Source: Abditibacterium sp.
GTDB taxonomy: Bacteria > Armatimonadota > Abditibacteriia > Abditibacteriales > Abditibacteriaceae
Assembly (NCBI GenBank): GCA_965199495.1
Contig: CBDASK010000002.1
Coordinates: 1-64,000 of the forward strand
Direction of reading: 5' to 3'
DNA length: 64,000 nt
The notes below the pieces were generated by a model. The model was given only the letters and a program-made list of their open reading frames with translations, was not told where the DNA came from and made no database searches. Below are positions 1 to 8,707 of the stretch, in pieces. Position 1 is the stretch's first letter. Each line of letters opens with the position of its first letter. The translations under genes were made by a program, and so were the position numbers.

Positions 1-2
1 TC

Positions 3-239
3 GTCAGTATCGCGGAAGATTACGCGGGCGCAAATGCGCTGTGTGCGACGGCGGGCGAATTGATCGAGCAGATTGGAATATCGCGCCAGCAGCAAACCGG
101 TGAGCCGATTCGCTATGTAGTGCTGGATATGGCGGATGCGCGGGCGATGATGATGTCGCAGATGTCCGGTCTTGGTGCAAATGTCGGCGAGGTATTTCCG
201 GCACCAATGGTAAAGGAGGAGGGAGGAAATAAAGCATGA
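3..239 (+). CDS. hypothetical protein, 5'-partial
   Basis: Frame is open from the window edge to a TGA that overlaps the next ATG (ATGA at 236-239). Confidence 0.5.
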   Translation, partial: VSIAEDYAGANALCATAGELIEQIGISRQQQTGEPIRYVVLDMADARAMMMSQMSGLGANVGEVFPAPMVKEEGGNKA

Positions 240-538
240 ATCAAACCACACATTTTTACCTGATCTTGAGCGAGGGTGGATCAGTCAGGACAACGATAAA
301 ACGCCCCAAGTTAAACGAAAACGAAATTTCGGTCGGCGTGACATTGGAATTTCCCCGCGATTTATTCAAGAAACCTCAGTTGAACGCGCGGCTGACGATT
401 TCCGACGATGCGGTTTCGCGCCCCGAAATTACTTCGGCGGTGATGGATGGAATGAAACAGGCCATCGAAGAAGGAACTGGGATGAAAGTTAGTCTCAGCA
501 TTGCGCCCGAAGCAGAAGGTGGTGAATCCAGTCCATAA
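236..538 (+). CDS. hypothetical phage protein
   Basis: GGAGG upstream; coupled to neighbouring genes. Confidence 0.7.
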   Translation: MNQTTHFYLILSEGGSVRTTIKRPKLNENEISVGVTLEFPRDLFKKPQLNARLTISDDAVSRPEITSAVMDGMKQAIEEGTGMKVSLSIAPEAEGGESSP

Positions 539-939
539 TGAGAACAGCTAAACACGAAACTCGTCGGATCAATGGAGATGGAAGTTTCCGGCTTTTCGGC
601 GGCGTCTACCAAGCCTACAACTGGCAAATAGACTTAGAACAACACAGAGAAACTCGGCGCAAAAGAGGTTATCGCGGCGATATGCTGGGTCATATCGGAG
701 TCGGCGTCTCCGAAAATAAGGAGGTTTTTCTTCGAGATTACAAGACCGGAGAGAAGATCGCCGACGCCCGAAAGGTTGAGAATGTCGGGACAAAAAGTTC
801 GGGTATCCACCTCAATCCGCTCGAATTAGAAAATCCCAGTGCCGCTTTCCTGCGAGCAGTCGGCCAAATGGTTGTTCAGGCGTTGCGCGATAGGCCGATT
901 GTGACGGTGAGGGTGCAAAAGGATGGTGCGGTTCCATGA
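538..939 (+). CDS. hypothetical protein
   Basis: TAATG and ATGA coupling on the two sides. Confidence 0.65.
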   Translation: MRTAKHETRRINGDGSFRLFGGVYQAYNWQIDLEQHRETRRKRGYRGDMLGHIGVGVSENKEVFLRDYKTGEKIADARKVENVGTKSSGIHLNPLELENPSAAFLRAVGQMVVQALRDRPIVTVRVQKDGAVP

Positions 940-1217
940 ACAATCTCAACAACGAGCAACTCAAAAAGCTCCACGAAATCTTAGGGATGGTGATGGTCGA
1001 ATGCCGCTCTATTTGCTGGGACGGGAAAAGTAAGCGCGCCGCCGCCCTGATGGATGCCTTTCACAATACGCCTTTTCTACTCAGTCGGGGTGAACTCGAC
1101 CTCAAATGGTTGCAGGATCGCGTGACGATTTATGAGAAGAAGTATCACACCGGCAAGTTAGGGGACTGGCGCAGCTATCTGCCGATGATCGAAGAAATCG
1201 TAAACTTGGCGGACTAA
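936..1217 (+). CDS. hypothetical protein
   Basis: Coupled ORF in the operon. Confidence 0.65.
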   Translation: MNNLNNEQLKKLHEILGMVMVECRSICWDGKSKRAAALMDAFHNTPFLLSRGELDLKWLQDRVTIYEKKYHTGKLGDWRSYLPMIEEIVNLAD

Positions 1218-1657
1218 TGCCGATTCAAACACAGTCTCTCAAGCCTAAAGCGCCACTGGCTTCTCTGGCGTCGGGACGTTATGCCATCATGCTGCCTGTC
1301 CCGCCGTCCACGAATGCCATCTGGGAGCCATATTCCTATCTGGTGGACGGGCGCCGGATGCCTGGAATGCGTGAATCCAAAGCGTCGAAGCAATACAAAG
1401 CGATGGTGCGCGCCCGGTGTGCCAAAGCGGGAATAGTTCCCTTGGGCGGGGCCATCGGCATCCGCATAACCTACTACCGCGCCAAGAAAATCGGCGATTT
1501 ATCGAACAGAATAAAAGTCCTCGAAGATGCGCTTAATGGCGTGGCTTACATAGACGATGGGCAGATTGATTACATCGAAATGCACCGAAAAGACGATCCG
1601 AAAAAACCGCGCGTCGAAGTTGAAATTTGGACGCGAAACTTGGAGAAAAAACCATGA
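1217..1657 (+). CDS. rusA: RusA-family Holliday junction resolvase
   Basis: Motifs PPSTN, GDLSNRIKVLEDAL, YIDDGQI, PRVEVEI. Confidence 0.88.
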   Translation: MPIQTQSLKPKAPLASLASGRYAIMLPVPPSTNAIWEPYSYLVDGRRMPGMRESKASKQYKAMVRARCAKAGIVPLGGAIGIRITYYRAKKIGDLSNRIKVLEDALNGVAYIDDGQIDYIEMHRKDDPKKPRVEVEIWTRNLEKKP

Positions 1658-2052
1658 AAGAACAATCCGAAAAGACTCTTGACGAGCATATTGCTGACGG
1701 CCTGACGGCCTTGACCCACAAATCCCATGTTGCGGCACACGAAGCGGGATGGTATCGGAATCCGGCAACAGGATTCCCCATTGATCGCAACATCGGCGAG
1801 ATGTTGATGTTGATTGTGTCGGAAGTTTCCGAGGCGATGGAAGGGCACCGGAAGGATTTACCGGACGACAAGCTACCTCATCGACGGATGCTTGAAGTTG
1901 AGATGGCCGACGCAATCATCAGGATTGGCGATCTGGCTGGATACCTTGGTCTTGATCTTGGTGGTGCCGTTCTCGAAAAGATGGGATACAATCGCACAAG
2001 GGAAGATCACCGGATCGAGAACCGCGCAAGCGAAGGCGGTAAGAAATTTTGA
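1654..2052 (+). CDS. MazG-like nucleotide pyrophosphohydrolase, copy 1
   Basis: SEVSEAMEGHRK and EVEMADAIIRIGD (ExxE...ExxD); KMGYNRTR. Confidence 0.85.
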   Translation: MKEQSEKTLDEHIADGLTALTHKSHVAAHEAGWYRNPATGFPIDRNIGEMLMLIVSEVSEAMEGHRKDLPDDKLPHRRMLEVEMADAIIRIGDLAGYLGLDLGGAVLEKMGYNRTREDHRIENRASEGGKKF

Positions 2053-3773
2053 CCGATTCTCACATTTCTGGGCCAGTGCCGGACAATAGCACGATAGTTG
2101 TCTGGTTCAGTTGCGGCGCGGCTTCCGCCGTTGCCGCCAAACAAACCATCGAGCGTTACGGTGAGCGTTGTCAGGTGCGGGTGGTAAACAATCCTGTTAT
2201 CGAGGAAGATGAAGATAATCGAAGGTTTTTAATTGATGTTCAAGCATGGCTTGGCATTGAAATCGAAATTGCCATCAATCCAAAATTCCCTAATTGCTCG
2301 GCGCGCGAAACGTGGGAAGATAAAAAATTCATGGCGGGCAATCGTTATGCACCCTGCACCGAACAACTCAAAAAGCACGCGCGCCAGCATTGGGAGAATG
2401 AGAACCACCACGACTTCTTAGTGTTGGGTTTTACGGCGGAAGAAAAGCGACGCTTTGATCGCTTCAAGCTCACTGAACGCGACAATATCTTGCCCATTCT
2501 CATCGAAAGCAATACAACCAAAGACGACTGTTTCGCGATATTGCGCGAAGCAAAAGTCGAACTGCCTCGCGCCTACAGACTCGGTTATCCAAACTCGAAC
2601 TGCTTCTCCGGTAACACCGAGTTTCTGACGGACATGGGCGTGCGTCGCTTGGATGAAGCGGTCGGCGAATCTGTTCGCGTCAGAGGCGTTGGGAACGGGT
2701 GGAAGGAAGCAACCATTCAGTCGTTCGGCGTTCAGCCATTAGTTAAACTTACTATTCGGCGAAACAACGTCGATAGAGAAATCTTTACAACAGAGAATCA
2801 CCGATGGTTTGTAAAGAATACCAGGCACGATCTTAAGGCTGAAAAAATCACCTTGGAACTTCAGGTTGGAGATAAGCTGTGTTCTATGCCGGGTCAGTTG
2901 GCGGGCAGGGTGAGGCCGTCTGCATTTGCCATTGCTCAAGGCATTGTTTTTGGAGATGGGTCAAGAGCCTCAAAAATGAACTCTGCGGCACGGATTACTT
3001 TGTGCGGCGAAAAGAAAAATGAGCTTTTGCGCTATTTTCCACTGTCACCCACATCACCTTCGCCCGCAGGGATTGAGGTTAAAGACTTGCCGCGAAAATG
3101 GAAGGAGAAGCCTTCGTTAGATGAATGTCAAAGTTTCTTGTACGGGTGGCTTGCCGGTTATTTCGCGGCAGATGGCTGTGTTGCGAGTGGAGAATATATT
3201 CTTTCTTCTGCTTTCCTTGACAACTTGACTTTTGCCCGCGATGTAGCTGTGCGATTAGGGATGGGGACGAATCCAATCCGAAGTGCCTTACGCAAGGGTT
3301 TTCCTGATCGAGAGCCTTCTCTGATTTACGGCTTGCCCATTATTGGGCATACGCTTCGAGAAGATTTCTTTCTTCTAAAACAACACAGGGAGCGATTTCT
3401 GGCGAAGCCTTCCCGTGCGCCTCATCCATGGACGGTGGTATCTGTCTCGCCGACAACTCGCGTTGAGGAAGTTTTCTGCGCCGTCGTTCCAGATGGCGGC
3501 GCATTTACTTTGGAAGGGAATATATTGACAGGAAACTGTTTGGGCTGTGTTAAAGCCACATCGCCGACATATTGGAATCACGTTCGCCGTGTTCACCCAG
3601 AAGTGTTCGCCGACCGCGCGGCGCAGAGCCGTGAATATGGCGCAAAATTGGTCAGAGCAAAAGGCGAACGAATTTTCCTGGACGAACTTGACCCCGAACT
3701 TCAAGGTCGGAGTATGAAAACGATGAAAAACGAATGCGGAATTTTCTGCGAGGAAGAAGATAAACAACCATGA
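2049..3773 (+). CDS. PAPS-reductase-like (PP-loop) protein with a LAGLIDADG intein
   Basis: WFSCGAASA, APCTEQLK, LGFTAEE, YRLGYPNSN/CLGCVKA, ECGIFCE; interrupted by an intein. Confidence 0.82.
   Translation: MTDSHISGPVPDNSTIVVWFSCGAASAVAAKQTIERYGERCQVRVVNNPVIEEDEDNRRFLIDVQAWLGIEIEIAINPKFPNCSARETWEDKKFMAGNRYAPCTEQLKKHARQHWENENHHDFLVLGFTAEEKRRFDRFKLTERDNILPILIESNTTKDDCFAILREAKVELPRAYRLGYPNSNCFSGNTEFLTDMGVRRLDEAVGESVRVRGVGNGWKEATIQSFGVQPLVKLTIRRNNVDREIFTTENHRWFVKNTRHDLKAEKITLELQVGDKLCSMPGQLAGRVRPSAFAIAQGIVFGDGSRASKMNSAARITLCGEKKNELLRYFPLSPTSPSPAGIEVKDLPRKWKEKPSLDECQSFLYGWLAGYFAADGCVASGEYILSSAFLDNLTFARDVAVRLGMGTNPIRSALRKGFPDREPSLIYGLPIIGHTLREDFFLLKQHRERFLAKPSRAPHPWTVVSVSPTTRVEEVFCAVVPDGGAFTLEGNILTGNCLGCVKATSPTYWNHVRRVHPEVFADRAAQSREYGAKLVRAKGERIFLDELDPELQGRSMKTMKNECGIFCEEEDKQP
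2601..3536 (+). mobile_element. intein (312 aa) with LAGLIDADG homing endonuclease
   Basis: Starts CFSGNTEFLT; block B TTENHRW; GIVFGDG and LAGYFAADG; ends ILTGN followed by Cys. Confidence 0.92.
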
Positions 3774-4153
3774 CTGAACAATACGCAAAGATTTTCGAGG
3801 GCTTAAGAGCCCTCTCCGAACTGTCTCACGGACGCGCTCTTCAAGCGGGATGGTATCATGATCCCGAAACCGGAGCAGAAAAAGAACGCAACATCGGCGA
3901 GATGCTAATGCTGATTGTTTCCGAAGTCGCCGAAGGCATGGAAGGTCATCGCAAAGACTTGATGGACGACAAGCTGCCCCTCCGCCCGATGCTCGAAGTT
4001 GAACTCGCGGATTGCCTAATTCGCGCGGGTGATCTGGCTGGATACTTGGGCCTTGATCTTGGCGGCGCTGTGATCGAGAAGATGGAATACAATCGCACAA
4101 GGGAAGATCATCGGATTGAGAACCGCGCAAGCGATGGCGGTAAGAAATTTTGA
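3770..4153 (+). CDS. MazG-like nucleotide pyrophosphohydrolase, copy 2
   Basis: Clear paralog of 1654-2052. Confidence 0.85.
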   Translation: MTEQYAKIFEGLRALSELSHGRALQAGWYHDPETGAEKERNIGEMLMLIVSEVAEGMEGHRKDLMDDKLPLRPMLEVELADCLIRAGDLAGYLGLDLGGAVIEKMEYNRTREDHRIENRASDGGKKF

Positions 4154-4350
4154 GCAAAGAATCTCTACCTGTCCTGCTCGAAAACGCAGAAATCCGATAC
4201 CGCCCAGACGTGGAGAAGGGCTGTGTGACGATGATAATAACAACCGAAACTGACCTAATCGAAGTTCCGATACCACCGAGTCAAGCGGTCATATCTGCGA
4301 ATATGCTGCATAAACACGCAGCGCACGTCAGAAAATGGAGGAAAAAATAA
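4150..4350 (+). CDS. hypothetical protein
   Basis: TTG start overlaps the MazG stop; TAATG coupling downstream. Confidence 0.55.
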   Translation: MSKESLPVLLENAEIRYRPDVEKGCVTMIITTETDLIEVPIPPSQAVISANMLHKHAAHVRKWRKK

Positions 4351-4541
4351 TGCCGCACGATTTCAATTTCAACGAAGACGCCGCCATCGAAGAGGAAAAG
4401 AAGCAAGGCGCAGAAACTTTCAGTTTCATGGGAAGATTGCTGGCCTTCATGCTTGGACTCATCGCTTTCCTTCTCTTGCTTCTCGTTGGTTTGTCCATCA
4501 CCTACTGGATCAACAATCTATGGTGGGCAATGCGTCACTAA
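4350..4541 (+). CDS. small membrane protein
   Basis: GGAGG RBS; one long hydrophobic helix. Confidence 0.6.
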   Translation: MPHDFNFNEDAAIEEEKKQGAETFSFMGRLLAFMLGLIAFLLLLLVGLSITYWINNLWWAMRH

Positions 4542-4557
4542 AAGTAGCGGTAATCTT

Positions 4558-4591
4558 GGCGTTCAGGTAAAATCTACCTGAACGCCTTTTT
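4558..4591 (+). terminator. intrinsic terminator
   Basis: ggcgttcaggta/tacctgaacgcc stem followed by a T-run. Confidence 0.75.
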
Positions 4592-4604
4592 GCGTGACAC
4601 TTCC

Positions 4605-6428
4605 ATGTTAAACCGAAAATACGGATGGCAACCCGACTTGCCCGACCACCGGGATCACCGTGTTGGTGAACAATTCAAGATTGCCGCGCCCGCGATTTTG
4701 CCCGCGTCCGTTGATTTGCGCGCCGGGTTTCCTGACGCATACGACCAAGGCGATCTCGGCTCGTGCCACGACGACCAGACCGAAGTTTTGACCGAGAATG
4801 GCTGGCAGTTCTTCGATAAGGTCAGCTCCGAAGAAAAGCTGGCGACTGTTTGCCCGGTCACAAATAAACTTTTCTTTGAGCGGCCAGCGAGACTTGTGCG
4901 GTTGCCATTTCAGGGCGAAATGATTTGCGGTCGCAGTCAGACAATGGATTTTAAAGTCACCCCTGACCATAAAATGCTTGTTCGTAAATGGGACGAGGGC
5001 TTACGGACATTAAGCAGCGGCTACACATTTGTTGACGCTAAGGACTTAGGGTGGTATTCAGGCTTAATGAATCGCGTTGACTATCAAGGCACCGATTCTT
5101 CCGATACGTTTGTCATGCCCGGAGTAGAACATAAGCATAAACCTCAAAGGGTTGAGCGAGCATTCCCAATGGCAATGTTCCTTCGACTTTTAGGGCTTTA
5201 TTTGGCAGAAGGGACACTTTGCAAGACTGGCCAAAAGGGCAGCGTTTCCAATAGAATCCAAATCGCAGCCGTGAAGGACAGAGAGAAGAGCTTCACTCGC
5301 GCCTTGTTCGCGGAGTTAGGAATAAACGCGCTTGAACTCAAGGATAGATTCACTTTCGAGAACAAGCAAATTTACAAGGCGTTTGAATCATTTGGTCTTA
5401 AAAGTGTAAAAGCGCCGCAGAAATTCGTTCCGGCTTTTGTTTTTCGCCAATCAAGTGATAACATCAAAGAGTTCTTGCTTGGTCATTTCACTGGCGATGG
5501 GAGCGAAACTAAAGGGGGAAGTAGAAGCCATTACACATCTTCCCCCCAACTTGCGGAAGATTTACAAAGGCTAATCTTTCTGTCTGGCCACGAATCTTAC
5601 ATAGCTGTTCGCCCTGCGCGCACTTCGGTTATGAAGGATGGGCGCGTGGTGACGGGGCGCCATTCAGAACATAGAGTTTCGGTTTGTGAGGTAAAGAATC
5701 TTTCTATCGAGAGAGCCTCTTCCATATCACGCGAATATTACGAAGGTGACGTGTTTTGTGCCGAAGTCCCTACTCACCACACCTTAGTCACTCGTCGCAA
5801 TAGGAAAATTCTTATCTCTGGCAACTGTGGCGGCAACGCGGCGGCGGGCGTGCTGCAATATGCGCGTCGCAAACAAGGTTTGCCGGATTGGACGCCTTCG
5901 CGGTTGATGCTCTATTACGATGCGCGCTCACTGGAACATTCCACGCGCGTCGACGCGGGTTGCTCTATCCGGGACGTGATTAAGGGCGCGGCAAAGAACG
6001 GCGCGGCGCCCGAAACGATGTGGCCTTACGAGGTCGCAAAATTCGCCAAGCGCGCACCAAGACCGGCTTACACCGAGGCTAAAAAGCATCCGGCGCTCGA
6101 ATATGCCGCCGTCGAGCAAACCGAAATCGCGCTCAAAACCGTGTTGGCGGCGGGCTACCCAATTATCTTCGGGATTTCGGTTTACGATTCGTTTGAAAGC
6201 GATTTAGTAACCAAGACTGGTAATGTTGCGATGCCGAAGAAAACAGAGCAAGTGCTCGGTGGGCACGCGATTGATCTGGTCGGCTACGACGATGCGAAAA
6301 AGCTCTGGCTCTTTCGCAATTCATGGGGCACCAGTTGGGGAAATGCGGGATGTGGAACCTTACCCTACGCCTATGTCCTTAATCCGGGATTGGCTTCGGA
6401 TTTATGGGTGACTCGCCTGACGGCATAA
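4605..6428 (+). CDS. papain-like C1 cysteine peptidase with an intein
   Basis: YGWQPDLPDHRD, LPASVDLR, DQGDLGS-[intein]-CGGNA, GGHAI, FRNSWGTSWG. Confidence 0.9.
   Translation: MLNRKYGWQPDLPDHRDHRVGEQFKIAAPAILPASVDLRAGFPDAYDQGDLGSCHDDQTEVLTENGWQFFDKVSSEEKLATVCPVTNKLFFERPARLVRLPFQGEMICGRSQTMDFKVTPDHKMLVRKWDEGLRTLSSGYTFVDAKDLGWYSGLMNRVDYQGTDSSDTFVMPGVEHKHKPQRVERAFPMAMFLRLLGLYLAEGTLCKTGQKGSVSNRIQIAAVKDREKSFTRALFAELGINALELKDRFTFENKQIYKAFESFGLKSVKAPQKFVPAFVFRQSSDNIKEFLLGHFTGDGSETKGGSRSHYTSSPQLAEDLQRLIFLSGHESYIAVRPARTSVMKDGRVVTGRHSEHRVSVCEVKNLSIERASSISREYYEGDVFCAEVPTHHTLVTRRNRKILISGNCGGNAAAGVLQYARRKQGLPDWTPSRLMLYYDARSLEHSTRVDAGCSIRDVIKGAAKNGAAPETMWPYEVAKFAKRAPRPAYTEAKKHPALEYAAVEQTEIALKTVLAAGYPIIFGISVYDSFESDLVTKTGNVAMPKKTEQVLGGHAIDLVGYDDAKKLWLFRNSWGTSWGNAGCGTLPYAYVLNPGLASDLWVTRLTA
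4764..5825 (+). mobile_element. intein (354 aa) with LAGLIDADG homing endonuclease
   Basis: Starts CHDDQTEVLT; VTPDHKM; LGLYLAEG and LLGHFTGDG; ends ILISGN followed by Cys. Confidence 0.92.
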
Positions 6429-6439
6429 AATAATTCAAA

Positions 6440-6787
6440 ATGAAACCCGAAAACCACTTCGACGCGCTGCCCGTAAAACTGGTAATTTATTTTGTCGGCG
6501 TCATTGGCGTTCTCTCGCTTTTGATTGCTGCCGGGCTGTCGTGGATGGGAAAAAGCGGTGACGCCGTGCTTTCCATCTCCAATGGTTGCGTGATGGGATT
6601 GATCGGACTTTTGGGCCGCACGTCCAGCAGCCAGCGCCAAACGCCCGAAGAGCCGATTGAAGTCAAGGCCAGCGAACCGTTACCGGTTGTGACGCGCGAC
6701 GAAGAAGAGTCCGGCGATGGTGACGAAACTCCGCCTACGCCGCCCAACAACCCTTCGGAGTTCGCCAAGGCCGTGAGAACCAACTGA
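6440..6787 (+). CDS. two-TM membrane protein, holin candidate
   Basis: Two hydrophobic segments and an acidic tail; directly upstream of the endolysin candidate. Confidence 0.5.
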   Translation: MKPENHFDALPVKLVIYFVGVIGVLSLLIAAGLSWMGKSGDAVLSISNGCVMGLIGLLGRTSSSQRQTPEEPIEVKASEPLPVVTRDEEESGDGDETPPTPPNNPSEFAKAVRTN

Positions 6788-6788
6788 T

Positions 6789-7334
6789 ATGTCCAATTCC
6801 CTTTCATACGTTCATCCTGATGCACGCGAAGCCCTCGCGCGCGCCTTCAAGCACGCCAATTTGACGCCCGTAACCGTGCAGACGCAGGGCAACGCGGCGG
6901 CGAGTGCTGGCACGCACAACTGTGCGGGACAATACCGCGACGGCAACAATAGCTGGCACGATTATTCTGCGTGCATTGATTTGTCGGTCAATCAAAAAGC
7001 GACGCGCAACAGCGACGGTGCAAAAATCACAATGGATGCCGCGCATATCAAGTGGCTGCTGTTTTGCCTTTCCGAAGAGGGCATCGCGGCGTGGTATCGT
7101 GTGCCCGCAGAGGGATTCGAGTATCACATTCACGGCGTTTTTGCGATGGTAAAAATGCCTGAGATATGTGGGCGACAAGTGGCCGATTTTATCGCAAATC
7201 GAAACGGGCTGAAATCGCATAAAACCGAAACGTTCTGGACGCCTGACGATTCCAACGATGCCGTGATTGCGCGCCTATTTCGCGCCTCAAATCCCGATAT
7301 GGTTCACCTTCTTCCAGAGAGGTTTCGCAAATAA
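6789..7334 (+). CDS. endolysin candidate, M15-like Zn peptidase
   Basis: SAGTH...D, GIAAWYR and HIHGV pattern of phage lysin peptidase domains. Confidence 0.65.
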   Translation: MSNSLSYVHPDAREALARAFKHANLTPVTVQTQGNAAASAGTHNCAGQYRDGNNSWHDYSACIDLSVNQKATRNSDGAKITMDAAHIKWLLFCLSEEGIAAWYRVPAEGFEYHIHGVFAMVKMPEICGRQVADFIANRNGLKSHKTETFWTPDDSNDAVIARLFRASNPDMVHLLPERFRK

Positions 7335-7352
7335 AGAAGAAAAATAATTACC

Positions 7353-7829
7353 ATGCGAACACTCAGCTTTTCGGCACCACAGGGTCTTTTGCAATGGATG
7401 AACCGCGAGGGGACGGCCATTGGCGAGTTCTTATCCGGCGCCTTGGCCGTTCATCAGGCAGCGCGCGCACTCACGCTATTTGAGGGGAAGTCAATGGCCC
7501 CATTTTTAATGTCGCCTGACAAATCTTCCTCATCTTGGTTTCTGGCGATGTGGGTGGTCTTGCTTTTGCTTTACGGCGCCCTGGCCTTGTGCATTATGTT
7601 TGCGGGTGAAGTGCGCAAGAATCGAGGCGCCAATCCGTTGTCGTTGGTTCGCGGATACACCTCGCTTGGCGGCGCTCTGACGTGGATGGCGGTTGGTGTT
7701 GCAACACTTTATGGGACATTGCCGGGAGTCGCTTCCATTGGATACTTCATCGTTTCCTTTGGAATTTTTTGCTGTAGTTTCATTTTATTCGTCCAAGATC
7801 GGATGAAGGATTTTCCGTCCGATGTTTGA
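7353..7829 (+). CDS. multi-pass membrane protein, possibly lysis-related
   Basis: About four hydrophobic helices. Confidence 0.55.
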   Translation: MRTLSFSAPQGLLQWMNREGTAIGEFLSGALAVHQAARALTLFEGKSMAPFLMSPDKSSSSWFLAMWVVLLLLYGALALCIMFAGEVRKNRGANPLSLVRGYTSLGGALTWMAVGVATLYGTLPGVASIGYFIVSFGIFCCSFILFVQDRMKDFPSDV

Positions 7830-8316
7830 ATACCTTTCCACTCTTCGCTATCTCCAAGGGCCACAAATCGCGGTTTACTTTTTGGTTTTCGTGGGGTTAA
7901 TTTTTGCCGGACTTTTTCGGTTTTCCGCCGTGAGTGGCATCAAAAAATTTGAAGCCAGAGAAGCGGAAAAGCTCAGATTGGCCGAAGAGAAAAAGGAAGA
8001 CGAGTCTCGTTCCTTTCGCCTTCTCGAAAAACAGGTTGGCGACTTGGAAAGCAAGGTCACAGACCTAACCAAGGAAATTCACCAGATGCGTGAGGACGAA
8101 GAGGACGGCAAAGAATATCGCCACGCCCTTGTGAATCAGAATCAGATTTTGGTGTCTTATCTTGAACTTGCCATTGATTTACTCAAAGAACTCTCGGTAT
8201 GGTGCGGTGAAGACTTGCCCGACTATTTTCGCATGAGAATTGATAAATTCAAAACACCGGGCGAAATCCTGAAGAATACGCCTTTGCCGAAAAGGAGTGA
8301 ACATCGCAATGAGTGA
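7822..8316 (+). CDS. membrane-anchored coiled-coil protein
   Basis: N-terminal TM followed by a charged heptad region. Confidence 0.6.
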   Translation: MFEYLSTLRYLQGPQIAVYFLVFVGLIFAGLFRFSAVSGIKKFEAREAEKLRLAEEKKEDESRSFRLLEKQVGDLESKVTDLTKEIHQMREDEEDGKEYRHALVNQNQILVSYLELAIDLLKELSVWCGEDLPDYFRMRIDKFKTPGEILKNTPLPKRSEHRNE

Positions 8317-8707
8317 TTTTCTTTCTGGTTGCAAAATTCTGGTCGCCGATGATTCTCCCGACCTCAAACACGTGTTTCAATTACTGCTGGAGAGTGCGGG
8401 CGCGACCGTTGTGAGTTGCGACGATGGCGAATGTGCATGGGTCGCTTATTGCGAAGCGATGGGTGCGGGTGAGCCGTTTGATTTGGTGCTAATGGATAAC
8501 GAAATGCCCGGTGCCACCGGCGTCGAAGTTTTGCGCAGGATGAGGATGGTAAGTCCCGCGCAAAAAGTGGTGATAATTACTGGCAATCCTCAAATCCGCA
8601 CCGACAAGATCGGCGTGCCGGTGTGGGACAAGCCGCTTCAAATTGGAAGTTTAAAATTGGAGGTCGAGCGAATCTTATTCCCCGAAAGGTTCGTCCAAAA
8701 ACCATGA
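8309..8707 (+). CDS. stand-alone CheY-like receiver domain protein
   Basis: ILVADD, DLVLMDNEMP, IITG and DKP receiver motifs. Confidence 0.9.
   Translation: MSDFLSGCKILVADDSPDLKHVFQLLLESAGATVVSCDDGECAWVAYCEAMGAGEPFDLVLMDNEMPGATGVEVLRRMRMVSPAQKVVIITGNPQIRTDKIGVPVWDKPLQIGSLKLEVERILFPERFVQKP

Noticed and set aside
1654..4153. MazG duplicates as a DGR template/variable repeat pair
   Set aside because: Differences are not adenine-specific, both copies are intact ORFs, and I found no reverse transcriptase
1654..4153. 2-aminoadenine (Z-genome) pathway suggested by MazG-like genes
   Set aside because: No PurZ, DatZ or DNA polymerase recognised in the window
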